Shown piece by piece: positions 43,421 to 52,661 of a stretch of DNA of 64,000 nucleotides (positions within the stretch are counted from its first letter, which is position 1; each line of letters begins with the position of its first letter). The notes beneath the pieces were generated by a model that ran no database searches, was not told the DNA's origin, and saw only the letters and a list, made by a program, of their open reading frames with translations. The translations under genes were made by a program, and so were the position numbers. The stretch spans positions 190-64,189 of the forward strand of contig JABHWJ010000020.1 in NCBI GenBank assembly GCA_018657845.1, written 5' to 3'. This DNA is from Candidatus Woesearchaeota archaeon. Lineage in GTDB: Archaea; Nanobdellota; Nanobdellia; Woesearchaeales; GW2011-AR9.

Positions 43421-44959
43421 TTACAAAATCTTAACCCTCTTATGTCTTCTAATCCAATCCAGATCAACTTCTGGACCAAACAACTCCTTAAGTTTACTTT
43501 TCCCAGTTAACAATGCTGCAATTCTTGAAGAACCCATCCCCCAAGCAATTACAGATTTTTTAATTCCATAAGGAGCCAAAGCTTCTGGTCTAAAGATTCC
43601 CGAATTGATTAATGCATACCACTTCCCCAATTTCTCATTATAATAATGAGCCTCCATACTAGGTTCAGTATACGGATTAAAAGTGGGCTTAAACTTTATT
43701 TTTGTTATTCCTAGTTTGGCATAAAACTCTTTTACAAAACCCATCAAATCTGCTAAATTTAAATCATCGCCCATGATAAACCCTTCTGCCTGCCCAAACT
43801 CTGGTAAATGAGTTGCATCAGTCGCTTCATTTCTAAAATTGTCTGCAATATAAAAATACTTACAATCGCAATTTAATTTCTTTTCATAAAAATATCTAAA
43901 TGTCGTAGCAGTACTATGTTGCCTTAAAATTAACTTTTTAGCTGCTCCTTGATCCCACAATTTAGTATGTCCTGTAGATCCAGTACCGCCACCATTTTCA
44001 TGAGCGGCCTTAACTTTAGAAACAAACTTCGCATCAGGCAAATTTCCATCTTGGTCTAAATAAAAAGTATCTTGGGCTTCCCTCATAGGATGATCTTGAG
44101 CAATCCACATTGAATCCATCCCCCAAAAAGCTGTTTCTACCCATGGTCCTTCCATTTCTTTAAAACCCATTTCTAAAAAAGAATCTCTAATAATATTCAA
44201 AGCTTCATTGTATGGATGTCTTCTTCCTCCCTGAACCTTAGGAACATTAACTTCTACATCATAAGCCCTAAAATTTTTACCCTTCCAACTCCCTGTTTTC
44301 AACATCCCGGGAGTTAATCTATTAACTACATCTTCTCCTAAGTCTTTCTTGACTAACCGCTTTCCAAGTGCAGTCAACATCACAGAAACACTTCTTTCCT
44401 CTTCAACCTTCAATAAATTCTTTCTCTTCTTCAACTCATCAAAAGCAAATTTATCAATATCTTTAATAGAATCAAAATCAATAGATTTCTCTTTCTTAAA
44501 TCTCCGTAAAAACTGTTCTTCTAAACTTCCTTCTTTTAACAGTTTATCTCCTTGTGGCCCCATTTTAAAGATTAACTGTCCTTCTTTCTGAACATCAATT
44601 GCTACTTTCCGTTTCAATAATCCAATACAAGCATTAATCTCTTCCTTACTTAACCCAGATTTTTTAGCCACTTCATCTAAATTAATGAACTTATCACCCA
44701 ATACTGAAAGAAATTTCCTCTCGGGCAATCCCTCTTTAAGATATTTCTTTCCATTTTTATCTAAAACTACAACTTTCTTTTTCTCACTATCAATTTTCAA
44801 AACTTCTTTGTTCTCTAACCATTGTAATGCTCGCATAACTTCTACTTCTTTCAACTTAGCAGCCTTAACAATTCTAGAAAGCTCACTCTCCTTCTTCAAC
44901 ACCGGTAGAACAGTTCTCTCTAAGGGATGAAGCTTAGACACCAAAGATTTAAGTTCCAT
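43421..44959 (-). CDS. pheS: Phenylalanyl-tRNA synthetase alpha subunit
   Basis: N-terminal winged-helix repeats are followed by a class II core (HPMREAQDTFY, FRNEATDATHLPEFGQAEG, GMGSSRIAAL). Confidence 0.92.
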   Translation of the reverse strand: MELKSLVSKLHPLERTVLPVLKKESELSRIVKAAKLKEVEVMRALQWLENKEVLKIDSEKKKVVVLDKNGKKYLKEGLPERKFLSVLGDKFINLDEVAKKSGLSKEEINACIGLLKRKVAIDVQKEGQLIFKMGPQGDKLLKEGSLEEQFLRRFKKEKSIDFDSIKDIDKFAFDELKKRKNLLKVEEERSVSVMLTALGKRLVKKDLGEDVVNRLTPGMLKTGSWKGKNFRAYDVEVNVPKVQGGRRHPYNEALNIIRDSFLEMGFKEMEGPWVETAFWGMDSMWIAQDHPMREAQDTFYLDQDGNLPDAKFVSKVKAAHENGGGTGSTGHTKLWDQGAAKKLILRQHSTATTFRYFYEKKLNCDCKYFYIADNFRNEATDATHLPEFGQAEGFIMGDDLNLADLMGFVKEFYAKLGITKIKFKPTFNPYTEPSMEAHYYNEKLGKWYALINSGIFRPEALAPYGIKKSVIAWGMGSSRIAALLTGKSKLKELFGPEVDLDWIRRHKRVKIL

Positions 44960-45004
44960 CTCCCAATAGAACCAATCATCATTTATAAAATTAACTTACT
45001 CTGC

Positions 45005-46426
45005 TCAAGATCCAACACATTTAAGATAGAAAACAATGATATCGGCAAACTTTGATAATGCTCTTCTTATAGGAATCGCGTGAATTCTGTCTAAAGGACT
45101 AGTTAGAACTTTTACTTTGTGTAAACCCACTTCTTCAACTCCTGCGGTTTGTTTGTTCAAAAACCAACTGGGATATCCTCCAGGCAATGATGTTAATTCT
45201 TTTAGAAAGTTTTCGGGACCAGTTCCACCCATACCCATTCTAGCATCGACAGAAAATGCTCCTGAATAGACAATCCCCTTTGGTCCAACTGCAGATTGTA
45301 ATGTCATCTGCCCCAGATGGAGGTTCATTCCAGTAGCAGAATATTCATCCAAGATCAAAACATTTTTCCCCAAGAGTTCCTTCTTTTGTCTTGGTGAATA
45401 AAACTCACCATGTTCTCTAATAAATTTTAACTTCACTCTTCTGCTTTTAGGGATCCGATTAATCACCCATGCCACCACTAACCCCAAGATTCTTGCACTT
45501 CTATCTAAAGCGTAAATAAAATCGATTTTTTTGTTGTTTACTACCCTAACTACTCGACTCGAAAAAATCACCAGTGCCCAAATTTCCATCAAAGTGATAT
45601 GGTTGTAAATCTTTGATTTTATTATCTTTTTAATAGTCTTACTGATAGTGTCCCAAGATGGGCTTACTTTTGGATGAGCATATAATTTTTGGAACAAAAG
45701 TAATATCTCTCGTACTTCTCTCATTCTCCCTCTGTCTATTTGGCCCAGAGAATGGCCACCCTTAATTAACTGGTAAGTCAAATCCACCAAATCTCCTATT
45801 TCCTGTCTAGCAATTAATAAAAACTTCTTTTCTCCTTCATCCCGAGAGTACTTTAATTTGGCAGATATTTCTTTTTCCAATGCTGTTTGAATTCCTTCTT
45901 TTAATCTTTTTTTTGTTCCAGAGTGTTTGAAAGTAAGTTTATCCAACAAAGATAATAATGCAAGAATATCTTCTTCAGCTTCTTTGGCTTCTTTATCCAG
46001 TTCATCCCAATTAATATCTTCTTCTTTTAATTCTTTTCCAAACGTTCCCGTCATTCGTGATAATTTTTTTGCCAACCTATTTCCATATAACTCTAAATGT
46101 TCTCGTAGTTTTTTCTTAGGAACATCACTAAATGCAATAACCAAATTATTCTCATAACCCATTTCTTCCAAGTTTTTTAATAATTCATGAAGAAGCTTGT
46201 CTTGGATTCGTTCTTCTACCCAGAGTCCCCTCCGACTAAATCCCCCTCTTAAAATGCTTTTGAGTTCAGCAACAGCAGCTTGGTTGATTGCCTCAACTTT
46301 TTTTGGATCTTTTTCTTTATCTGTATTTATTTTTCTTATTTTAAGAAGTTGTAAAACAATCTTTAGATCCTTGTGTTGTTTAAGCAAGTAATCCCTATCT
46401 TCCATAACTGGTAATATTTTCTCCAT
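45005..46426 (-). CDS. Two-domain protein: N-terminal ~270-aa charged helical domain + C-terminal type-I phosphoribosyltransferase-like domain
   Basis: GKNVLILDEYSATGMNL matches the PRPP-binding loop pattern (four hydrophobic residues, two acidic, then xxTG). IDFIYALDRSARILGLVVAWVI resembles the PRT core helix. The N-domain has no recognised motif. Confidence 0.5.
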   Translation of the reverse strand: MEKILPVMEDRDYLLKQHKDLKIVLQLLKIRKINTDKEKDPKKVEAINQAAVAELKSILRGGFSRRGLWVEERIQDKLLHELLKNLEEMGYENNLVIAFSDVPKKKLREHLELYGNRLAKKLSRMTGTFGKELKEEDINWDELDKEAKEAEEDILALLSLLDKLTFKHSGTKKRLKEGIQTALEKEISAKLKYSRDEGEKKFLLIARQEIGDLVDLTYQLIKGGHSLGQIDRGRMREVREILLLFQKLYAHPKVSPSWDTISKTIKKIIKSKIYNHITLMEIWALVIFSSRVVRVVNNKKIDFIYALDRSARILGLVVAWVINRIPKSRRVKLKFIREHGEFYSPRQKKELLGKNVLILDEYSATGMNLHLGQMTLQSAVGPKGIVYSGAFSVDARMGMGGTGPENFLKELTSLPGGYPSWFLNKQTAGVEEVGLHKVKVLTSPLDRIHAIPIRRALSKFADIIVFYLKCVGS

Positions 46427-46510
46427 TTGAAATAAAATAAAGTTAATCTATTTAAACTTTTTTCACAAGTAAAATAAATAAATTAAAAGAAGAAAAAATA
46501 AAAACAAGAA

Positions 46511-47305
46511 TTACGCCTTGTTCCAAATTGCATTAAACATGCCATCCATTGCTGATGCAAAATAAGGAGTCTTTACCCACACACCCATATCATAAGTCGG
46601 GTGAACTTCTTGATCACTCATCAGCATAAACACTAAATCATTACTATCAATAGTAACAAACCTAGAGCTTATTTTATCTACATGTTTAACCTCAGCAATT
46701 CCTTTTAATTCATTAGATAAGTGCTTATTCTCTTTATTCAATGGGGCAGCAATCCTAATCTTAACTCCTTTTTTCTTTGCAAGCTCCAACAAAGGCTTAA
46801 GAGATTCAGTTTTTCTCAAGAATCCTTGATGAGAAGTCATAATATTAATACTTGTTTTAGCATCTTTGACCATCATATCTAAGTGATTATAAAGATTATG
46901 CCTTCCTCTTAAACAACCACTTAATTCATTTGGATCAACTAAAGAAATTCCATTAGTGTGTAATGAATCTAATTCTTTCAATAAATCAGAACTTTTTAAA
47001 TTATCTAATCGCTTGATTTTTTCTTGTGCATTTAAATGCATATTTTTCTTTACCCGATCAACCACTTCATTCGGAGGAATTGCAATATACTTAATTGGCT
47101 TACCCAATTTCATCATTACAAATCCTTTTTTCTCTAAACTTTCTAGAACATCATAACTCCTAGACCTAGGAACATCAGCAATATCAGATAACTCTCCCGC
47201 GGTAGAAACTCCCCTGGAAAGAATAGATGCCCACAATTTCACCTCGTACAAGTTTAAGTCGAAGTATCTTCTTAACTTGCTTAACATTTCTTCTTTAACA
47301 ATCAT
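46511..47305 (-). CDS. TrmB-family transcriptional regulator
   Basis: LNLYEVKLWASILSRGVSTAGELSDIADVPRSRSYDVLESLEKKGFV is the TrmB wHTH signature. A TrmB-like C-terminal domain follows. Confidence 0.82.
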   Translation of the reverse strand: MIVKEEMLSKLRRYFDLNLYEVKLWASILSRGVSTAGELSDIADVPRSRSYDVLESLEKKGFVMMKLGKPIKYIAIPPNEVVDRVKKNMHLNAQEKIKRLDNLKSSDLLKELDSLHTNGISLVDPNELSGCLRGRHNLYNHLDMMVKDAKTSINIMTSHQGFLRKTESLKPLLELAKKKGVKIRIAAPLNKENKHLSNELKGIAEVKHVDKISSRFVTIDSNDLVFMLMSDQEVHPTYDMGVWVKTPYFASAMDGMFNAIWNKA

Positions 47306-47327
47306 TTTTTACACAACCCCCTTTTTG

Positions 47328-47345
47328 TTACTTGGGTATAAGTAA
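47328..47345. promoter_or_regulatory. Palindrome TTACTT-N6-AAGTAA in the TrmB-family gene promoter region (candidate operator)
   Basis: Lies 23-40 nt upstream of the ATG at 47305 and overlaps the TATA-like region. It is nested inside a second inverted repeat, cacaacc (47312-47318) / ggttgtg (47364-47370). Confidence 0.35.
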
Positions 47346-47434
47346 AATTAACTACTATTAAAAGGTTGTGGTTTTGCAGGATATAGTTCTTTTAACCCTT
47401 TTTACAAAAGCTATAAAAAAACCAATAAAAAAGT

Positions 47435-48481
47435 TTACCATTCTAATTTGTACCTCAATAAAGCGCCAATTCCGCCCAGTCCTTTTAACTTCTTTCCGGC
47501 TTCATGTTCACTAGAAATTATGTGTACCTTTCCCTTAAGCAAATCTACCTGTTTCATGATTGCATCTAACGCTTCATACTCCCCTTTCTCTCTTAACTCT
47601 CTAATTAAATTATCTCCCACCAGCAAAGTACTTACTGCTCCAGCATCTACTGCATTCTTTACTTCCTTAAATCCATAAGCCACTAAACCCTCTTTGCTTA
47701 TTTCTACTAATAAATCTTCCACTAATAACTTTTCTTCCCTAGATCTAGATTTCCTAAAAGCATCATTTAATTCTGGTCTCTTTAATACTTCATCAACTGC
47801 ATTTTCACTTACCGAACTACACGTAGCTAAAATAACTTTTTTCTTTAATTCTTCCTCAGAAATCTTCCGATGTAAATCTTCTTTAAAAAAAGCTGGACTT
47901 GCCACCACAATATTCTCTGGGTTGTGTCGTTCATTATAACTTTGCAAGGCATTAATTATTTCTTGATAAAAATCTCCTTTGGCTACAACCCCTTCACTTT
48001 TTTTAGAAACATCTCCTTTTAATCTTAACAGAATCTCAAACCCTCTCCGTTTAGATAAAGCAAATAATGCATCTTCTCTATCCATCACACAAATTAAAAA
48101 ACTAAATTTTTTCTCTGTCGCTTCTTTTAATTTTTGTTTCTGATAATCTAACCAAGACGGTTTTTCCAAAGTAAATTCTTCTCCTTCACTTAAACTAATG
48201 GTATGATAACTTCCCTTAGGAACTTCTTCAGGACCTTCTGTCACAGTCCCATTTAATCTTAATTGTTCTCCCAATTCTACTTTTTCTACTTCAACCCTCA
48301 AAAAATAAGTTTTCTTAACTGTTTTAGCATTCTCTCCTTCTCCAATCTTAACTTTCCTAGTCGTTTTTCCTTTAACTAAATCTCCGATGTCAATTATGTG
48401 ACTTAAGTACCACAAATCGTCAATATCTTCGACCTTTAACTTAACAATACCTTTCCCAAAATCAGAGTGGATTAAATTCAT
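47435..48481 (-). CDS. pelA: Pelota (Dom34) mRNA surveillance / ribosome rescue factor
   Basis: GIVKLKVEDIDDLWYLSHIIDIGDLVKGKTTRKV matches Pelota. The C-terminal eRF1-like domains include AVDAGAVSTLLV. Confidence 0.9.
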   Translation of the reverse strand: MNLIHSDFGKGIVKLKVEDIDDLWYLSHIIDIGDLVKGKTTRKVKIGEGENAKTVKKTYFLRVEVEKVELGEQLRLNGTVTEGPEEVPKGSYHTISLSEGEEFTLEKPSWLDYQKQKLKEATEKKFSFLICVMDREDALFALSKRRGFEILLRLKGDVSKKSEGVVAKGDFYQEIINALQSYNERHNPENIVVASPAFFKEDLHRKISEEELKKKVILATCSSVSENAVDEVLKRPELNDAFRKSRSREEKLLVEDLLVEISKEGLVAYGFKEVKNAVDAGAVSTLLVGDNLIRELREKGEYEALDAIMKQVDLLKGKVHIISSEHEAGKKLKGLGGIGALLRYKLEW

Positions 48482-48496
48482 ACCTTACAGAAAAGG

Positions 48497-48506
48497 TTTA
48501 TATATT
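48497..48506 (+). promoter_or_regulatory. Putative TATA box for the surface-protein cluster
   Basis: tttatatatt is preceded by aaaagg and lies about 25 nt upstream of the ATG at 48527 (leaderless geometry). Confidence 0.45.
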
Positions 48507-48526
48507 ATAAAGGTTTTCGAAAAGAC

Positions 48527-49714
48527 ATGATCGCTACTAATAAAAGAGGACAAGCTGCTGCGGCTGCAGTTTTCATTGCCATCCTTCTCGGATTAATCAT
48601 TATGTATATTGTTATAATTCCTCCTTCAGAGAGGGCTGAACTCCTTGGAGAAGAAACTACCACTACTACTTCAGATGGAACAACTATTACTTCATCTGGT
48701 GCTGATGTCCTCCTGATTAGCAAACCTGGAAAAATTGATTACTTGGCTCAAGACACCATTGAACATCCATTATCCTCAATAAATATTTTTACTAAAACCG
48801 AAGATAAAATTCTAGATGAAAAAGATAGTCTGATTACTAAAACTGGTCTTTTTTCAAAAAAATCTGCGAATATGACTTTTTTTATCTCTGACTTAAAAAA
48901 TACTGAAAACCACATTCTTAATTTTAACATCAAAGAAGCAGATGGTACTCTTTACATTAATCTAAATGGTCAAGAAGTTTTTGCTAAAGAATTAAGTTCT
49001 GGACAAAACCCAGTAATAAAATTGCCTACCTCTGCCTTAAAAGAAGGAAATTTTTTAGAATTTGTAGTTTCCTCACCTGGTGCAGCATTCTGGTCAACTA
49101 ATGAATATGCTTTAGAAAACATCAAAGTAGTAGCTTCTGTAACTAGCATCTCTGCTCAAAATTCCAAAAGTACTTTCTTAATTTCAGAAACAGAAAAAAA
49201 TAACTTGAAAACAGTTGTCTTGGAATTTTATCCTGAATGTATTGAAAAAACAGGGAAACTAACTGCTTGGGTAAACAACAAAGAAATCTATTCTGGCCTT
49301 CCTTCGTGTGGCGCAGAAAAAATTGAATTAGAAGTTGCTCCTGAATTGATTAATCAAGGAGAAAATTCTCTTGCCTTTAAGGTAGATGAAGGAGAATACA
49401 CTATCTCTCCCGTAGCCATAATCTCCGAATTAGAAGAAATTGAATTCCCTACTTTTTATTTCGAATTAACCAATGAACAATATAATGAAATCCAAGATGA
49501 AGACAACACTGTAAAACTTGCTCTTTCCTTTGTAGATATCGTTGATATTAACAAAGGAGATCTTGTTATTAATGGAGAAACAGTTCCTTTTGAGATTAGC
49601 GATGCTTCTCACAAAATTGATATCTCCAATAAAATTGTTCAAGGAAGCAACTCCATTAAAATTAGACCAAAGAAAACTTTAGAAGTAAGAGAACTTAAAG
49701 TAACCCTAGAATAA
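48527..49714 (+). CDS. Secreted/surface protein with type-IV-pilin-like (class III) signal peptide and three internal beta-rich repeats
   Basis: The N-terminus MIATNKRG/QAAAAAVFIAILLGLIIMYIVII fits the archaeal prepilin motif ([KR]G followed by a hydrophobic helix). A T/S-rich linker follows. Three repeats appear: LYINLNGQEVF...LKEGNFLEFVV, LTAWVNNKEIY...INQGENSLAFKV and DLVINGETVPF...IVQGSNSIKIRP. Confidence 0.6.
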   Translation: MIATNKRGQAAAAAVFIAILLGLIIMYIVIIPPSERAELLGEETTTTTSDGTTITSSGADVLLISKPGKIDYLAQDTIEHPLSSINIFTKTEDKILDEKDSLITKTGLFSKKSANMTFFISDLKNTENHILNFNIKEADGTLYINLNGQEVFAKELSSGQNPVIKLPTSALKEGNFLEFVVSSPGAAFWSTNEYALENIKVVASVTSISAQNSKSTFLISETEKNNLKTVVLEFYPECIEKTGKLTAWVNNKEIYSGLPSCGAEKIELEVAPELINQGENSLAFKVDEGEYTISPVAIISELEEIEFPTFYFELTNEQYNEIQDEDNTVKLALSFVDIVDINKGDLVINGETVPFEISDASHKIDISNKIVQGSNSIKIRPKKTLEVRELKVTLE

Positions 49715-49770
49715 ATTAAGTAGTTTTGGTGAAATAACTCTTATATTCATTATTCAAAAAGAGGATAAAG

Positions 49771-51708
49771 ATGAAGGATGTGGGTAGTGGCATTAACAGT
49801 TATCTCCATAAATCTAATTCTAATTATGAAAAAACCTTTCACGAAAAAAGTTTCTTTGAAGAAGAGGAAGAAGAATCTACTGACAAAGAGTACAAAACTT
49901 TGACCGGCCGTCAACAATCAATAATTAAACAACAAATGACTTCTGGATCAAGCACCTTGGAAGAAACAAAAGAACTAAAAAAAATATCTGCCCGGCTCAG
50001 AGAACTAGAAGGAGAAGAAGGAGATGTTGCAAAAGAAGAAAAAGGAGCCGCTAAAGAAGAAGAAACAGCTGCAAAAGAAGGAGAAAAAGCATCTGAAGCC
50101 CAAGAAAGCTATTGGAAAAAAATGCTTAAATCTGGAGGGAAAAGCACTTGGGACTCCCTCAACAAAGAAAGATCTTTTCCTAAAAAAGAACCCAAAGAAA
50201 AATCAACTGGAACATCTTCTAGTCTTGCTTTGTATGTACTCTTATTTATTATTGCTGCTTTAGACTTATTTGCAAAAAAAAGTATTGGTTATGAACCTAA
50301 AGCTGCCCTTTTAATTTCCACAGTTACTGGAATAATTTTCTTCCTCTCCACCAAAAGCCATCCTGGACAAAGATTAACAGTTATTGGTGCATTTGTACTT
50401 GATGCAGCCTTCTCCCAAGGCCTTCTTTACCTAGTTCCAGAAACAGGAATTAAAGAAACCTTAATCGCCATTCATGTTTTCATTTGGATTATCTTAGCAG
50501 TTATTCTTTTCCTCTGGAATTTCTTTGAACATCTTGCTGAAGGACACAAACCTTCAGTACTGGCTGATTTAACATTTGTAGCCATTCTTGGCTTTATTAT
50601 TTTCATATCTTATCCTTTGATTATAGAAACCCAATTAATTCAAGCCAATACTCATTCAGACTATTTCCAAGTCGCTAAAGAAAAAGCAGAAGAAGTTAAA
50701 GTTAAATTTTCAGAAACTTCTCAAAAATGGTCAGATTATCTTCAATGTTCTTTAGAAAAAGATGCTAAAGACCCAAGTATTCAACCTTGTCTAAAAAAGA
50801 AACGCGCTGAACGTTTCTGTGAAAATGATAACAAACCTCTCTCTCCAAATTACAATAAATGTGTTCAAAACTTACTTGAAGAAGGTAAAGCAATAGGGGG
50901 AAAAACTGATTCTTCATACACCGAACATTCTTCTTTAAAATTTAACACAGAAGAATTCCCTGGAACTGTTTATACTGGTCTCCCTAACCCAAAAATAATA
51001 CTTGAAATTAATAATCCCCGCGAACTTTCTCTAAGTGTAGACTTTTACTGCAATTTCTCTAAATTAAAAGAGAATTTCCCCGGAACTCCCAGCCCCATAA
51101 CTCTCACCAAATTAGATGATAATTTCAAAGAAATACCCCTGACCTGCAAACCCCCTAAAAAGTTAGAAAAGGGAAGTTGGAGAGTTTCTTATTCGGCCGA
51201 AGTTTCTGGTTTAGAAACAAAATCTACTCTTCAAAAAATTTATGTAAATCCTGAGAAAACAAAACAACAAAAAGACCAAACCAAATCCCAATTTTACTCT
51301 GGAAAAGGTTATGTTTCCTCTTCATCTCCAGAACTTGCTAGAATCAATTTTATGATAGAATCTTCTAAAAATCCTTTGATTGAACTTGACAATGATAAAT
51401 TCCCTATCCTCTCCTCTTCCATTGAAAACCTTGGTTCAGGAGAAATAATCTCTATTCAAGAATATTCTATTGACCTTAAGAAAGATCTGGATATTGTTGA
51501 CAAAAATTTTGATAAAGAGTGTTTATTCAAATCCTCTCCTCAAGTTAATTTTAAAGATAAAAAAATCCCCTTAACCTCTTGCACGTTAGAGCTTGTTAGA
51601 AATGAATTAGCTAGCATCAAACATTTCGTTCCTAGAACTTACCACGCACTCTTAAAATATAAATATAGAATGACCAAAGAACTAACTATGGAGGTGGCAG
51701 CATCATGA
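49771..51708 (+). CDS. Large membrane protein: ~150-aa acidic/K-rich N-domain, five TM helices, ~340-aa Cys-containing C-terminal domain related to the downstream lipoproteins
   Basis: TM helices begin at LALYVLLFIIAALDLFA. The C-terminus YHALLKYKYRMTKELTMEV resembles the paralog endings LKFEYDYELTMPF, ITLDYNYMESI and LTFEYVYKELI. ATGA overlap with the next gene. Confidence 0.6.
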   Translation: MKDVGSGINSYLHKSNSNYEKTFHEKSFFEEEEEESTDKEYKTLTGRQQSIIKQQMTSGSSTLEETKELKKISARLRELEGEEGDVAKEEKGAAKEEETAAKEGEKASEAQESYWKKMLKSGGKSTWDSLNKERSFPKKEPKEKSTGTSSSLALYVLLFIIAALDLFAKKSIGYEPKAALLISTVTGIIFFLSTKSHPGQRLTVIGAFVLDAAFSQGLLYLVPETGIKETLIAIHVFIWIILAVILFLWNFFEHLAEGHKPSVLADLTFVAILGFIIFISYPLIIETQLIQANTHSDYFQVAKEKAEEVKVKFSETSQKWSDYLQCSLEKDAKDPSIQPCLKKKRAERFCENDNKPLSPNYNKCVQNLLEEGKAIGGKTDSSYTEHSSLKFNTEEFPGTVYTGLPNPKIILEINNPRELSLSVDFYCNFSKLKENFPGTPSPITLTKLDDNFKEIPLTCKPPKKLEKGSWRVSYSAEVSGLETKSTLQKIYVNPEKTKQQKDQTKSQFYSGKGYVSSSSPELARINFMIESSKNPLIELDNDKFPILSSSIENLGSGEIISIQEYSIDLKKDLDIVDKNFDKECLFKSSPQVNFKDKKIPLTSCTLELVRNELASIKHFVPRTYHALLKYKYRMTKELTMEVAAS

Positions 51709-52607
51709 GAAAGCTTTTCATCTTCACTTCAATATTAATTCTTTTAATTATCTCTTCTTGTCAACAAGGCCCCGGAGAAGAAGTCTTGGGCACAGATTTC
51801 AAAAACAATTACATTGGGGAAGTAGTCATCGATTTGATTCCTTTGATGCCTCCTGAAAAAGTTCATGAAGACTCTGATTTTAGAGTTGGAACATACATCC
51901 GTAACCAAGGAGGTTATAAAGCTACAAATGTAGAATTAACCTTGGTTGGTTTTGACGAAGATCAATTTTATTATGGTTTAAATAACGGAAAACAATACTT
52001 TGATTTTGCCGAAACTCTTAAAACCATTGGCACCTTAGAAGGTAAACGTCTTGAAAATTCTCAAGGAGACTTCGACAGAGTGGAATATCTTGGTAGAACA
52101 AAAACTCTTCCCGAAGGACAAGAACAGATTTCCTTCAATTACGGGTTAATTTTAAACTACCATTATAGCAATGAATTAGTTCAAGAAATCTGCATTAACC
52201 CTAAGTTTTATGATGTTTCTTCGGTAGGTTGCCAATCTCATAATGTTGATGGTCAAGATGTTCGTTTAGAAGACGGTATTTCTTTAATCGGCCAAGGGTC
52301 TCCATTAGGAGTTAAAGAAATGGAAGTTGTTATCCACCCGGGAGACAAACCAACCTTAGAAGTTCGTTTTGATGTAAAGAATCTTGGCCAAGGGATAGCT
52401 AAAAACATTCAATTAAATTTGGGACAATTAATCACCAAACCTATGAAGTGTGAAGTTAAACAAAAAAACTTCCGGGATGAACAAGAAGCTACCATTGTTT
52501 GTAACTTCAACCTTAATGATCAATCATCATACACTGCCCCCGTTTATCTAAAATTCGAATATGATTATGAATTAACTATGCCTTTCCCATTTAACTTTGT
52601 TGAGTAA
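51705..52607 (+). CDS. Lipobox protein, paralog 1 (two beta-sandwich, CARDB-like domains; tentative)
   Basis: Lipobox is LLIISSC/QQG. The blocks FRVGTYIRNQGGYKATNVELTLVG and SPLGVKEMEVVIHPGDKPTLEVRFDVKNLGQG are shared with 52662..53600 and 53686..54594. Confidence 0.65.
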   Translation: MRKLFIFTSILILLIISSCQQGPGEEVLGTDFKNNYIGEVVIDLIPLMPPEKVHEDSDFRVGTYIRNQGGYKATNVELTLVGFDEDQFYYGLNNGKQYFDFAETLKTIGTLEGKRLENSQGDFDRVEYLGRTKTLPEGQEQISFNYGLILNYHYSNELVQEICINPKFYDVSSVGCQSHNVDGQDVRLEDGISLIGQGSPLGVKEMEVVIHPGDKPTLEVRFDVKNLGQGIAKNIQLNLGQLITKPMKCEVKQKNFRDEQEATIVCNFNLNDQSSYTAPVYLKFEYDYELTMPFPFNFVE

Positions 52608-52661
52608 ACTTATCTTTATACTCAAATAACCAAAAGACTTATATAACAAAAAATAATATCT

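Noticed and set aside
48505-48723. A 72-aa minus-strand ORF overlapping the 5' end of the pilin-signal gene.
   Set aside because: It is antisense to a better-supported gene with a correctly spaced TATA box. The translation is low-complexity (A/V/S-rich, mirroring the Ala-rich signal and Thr linker).
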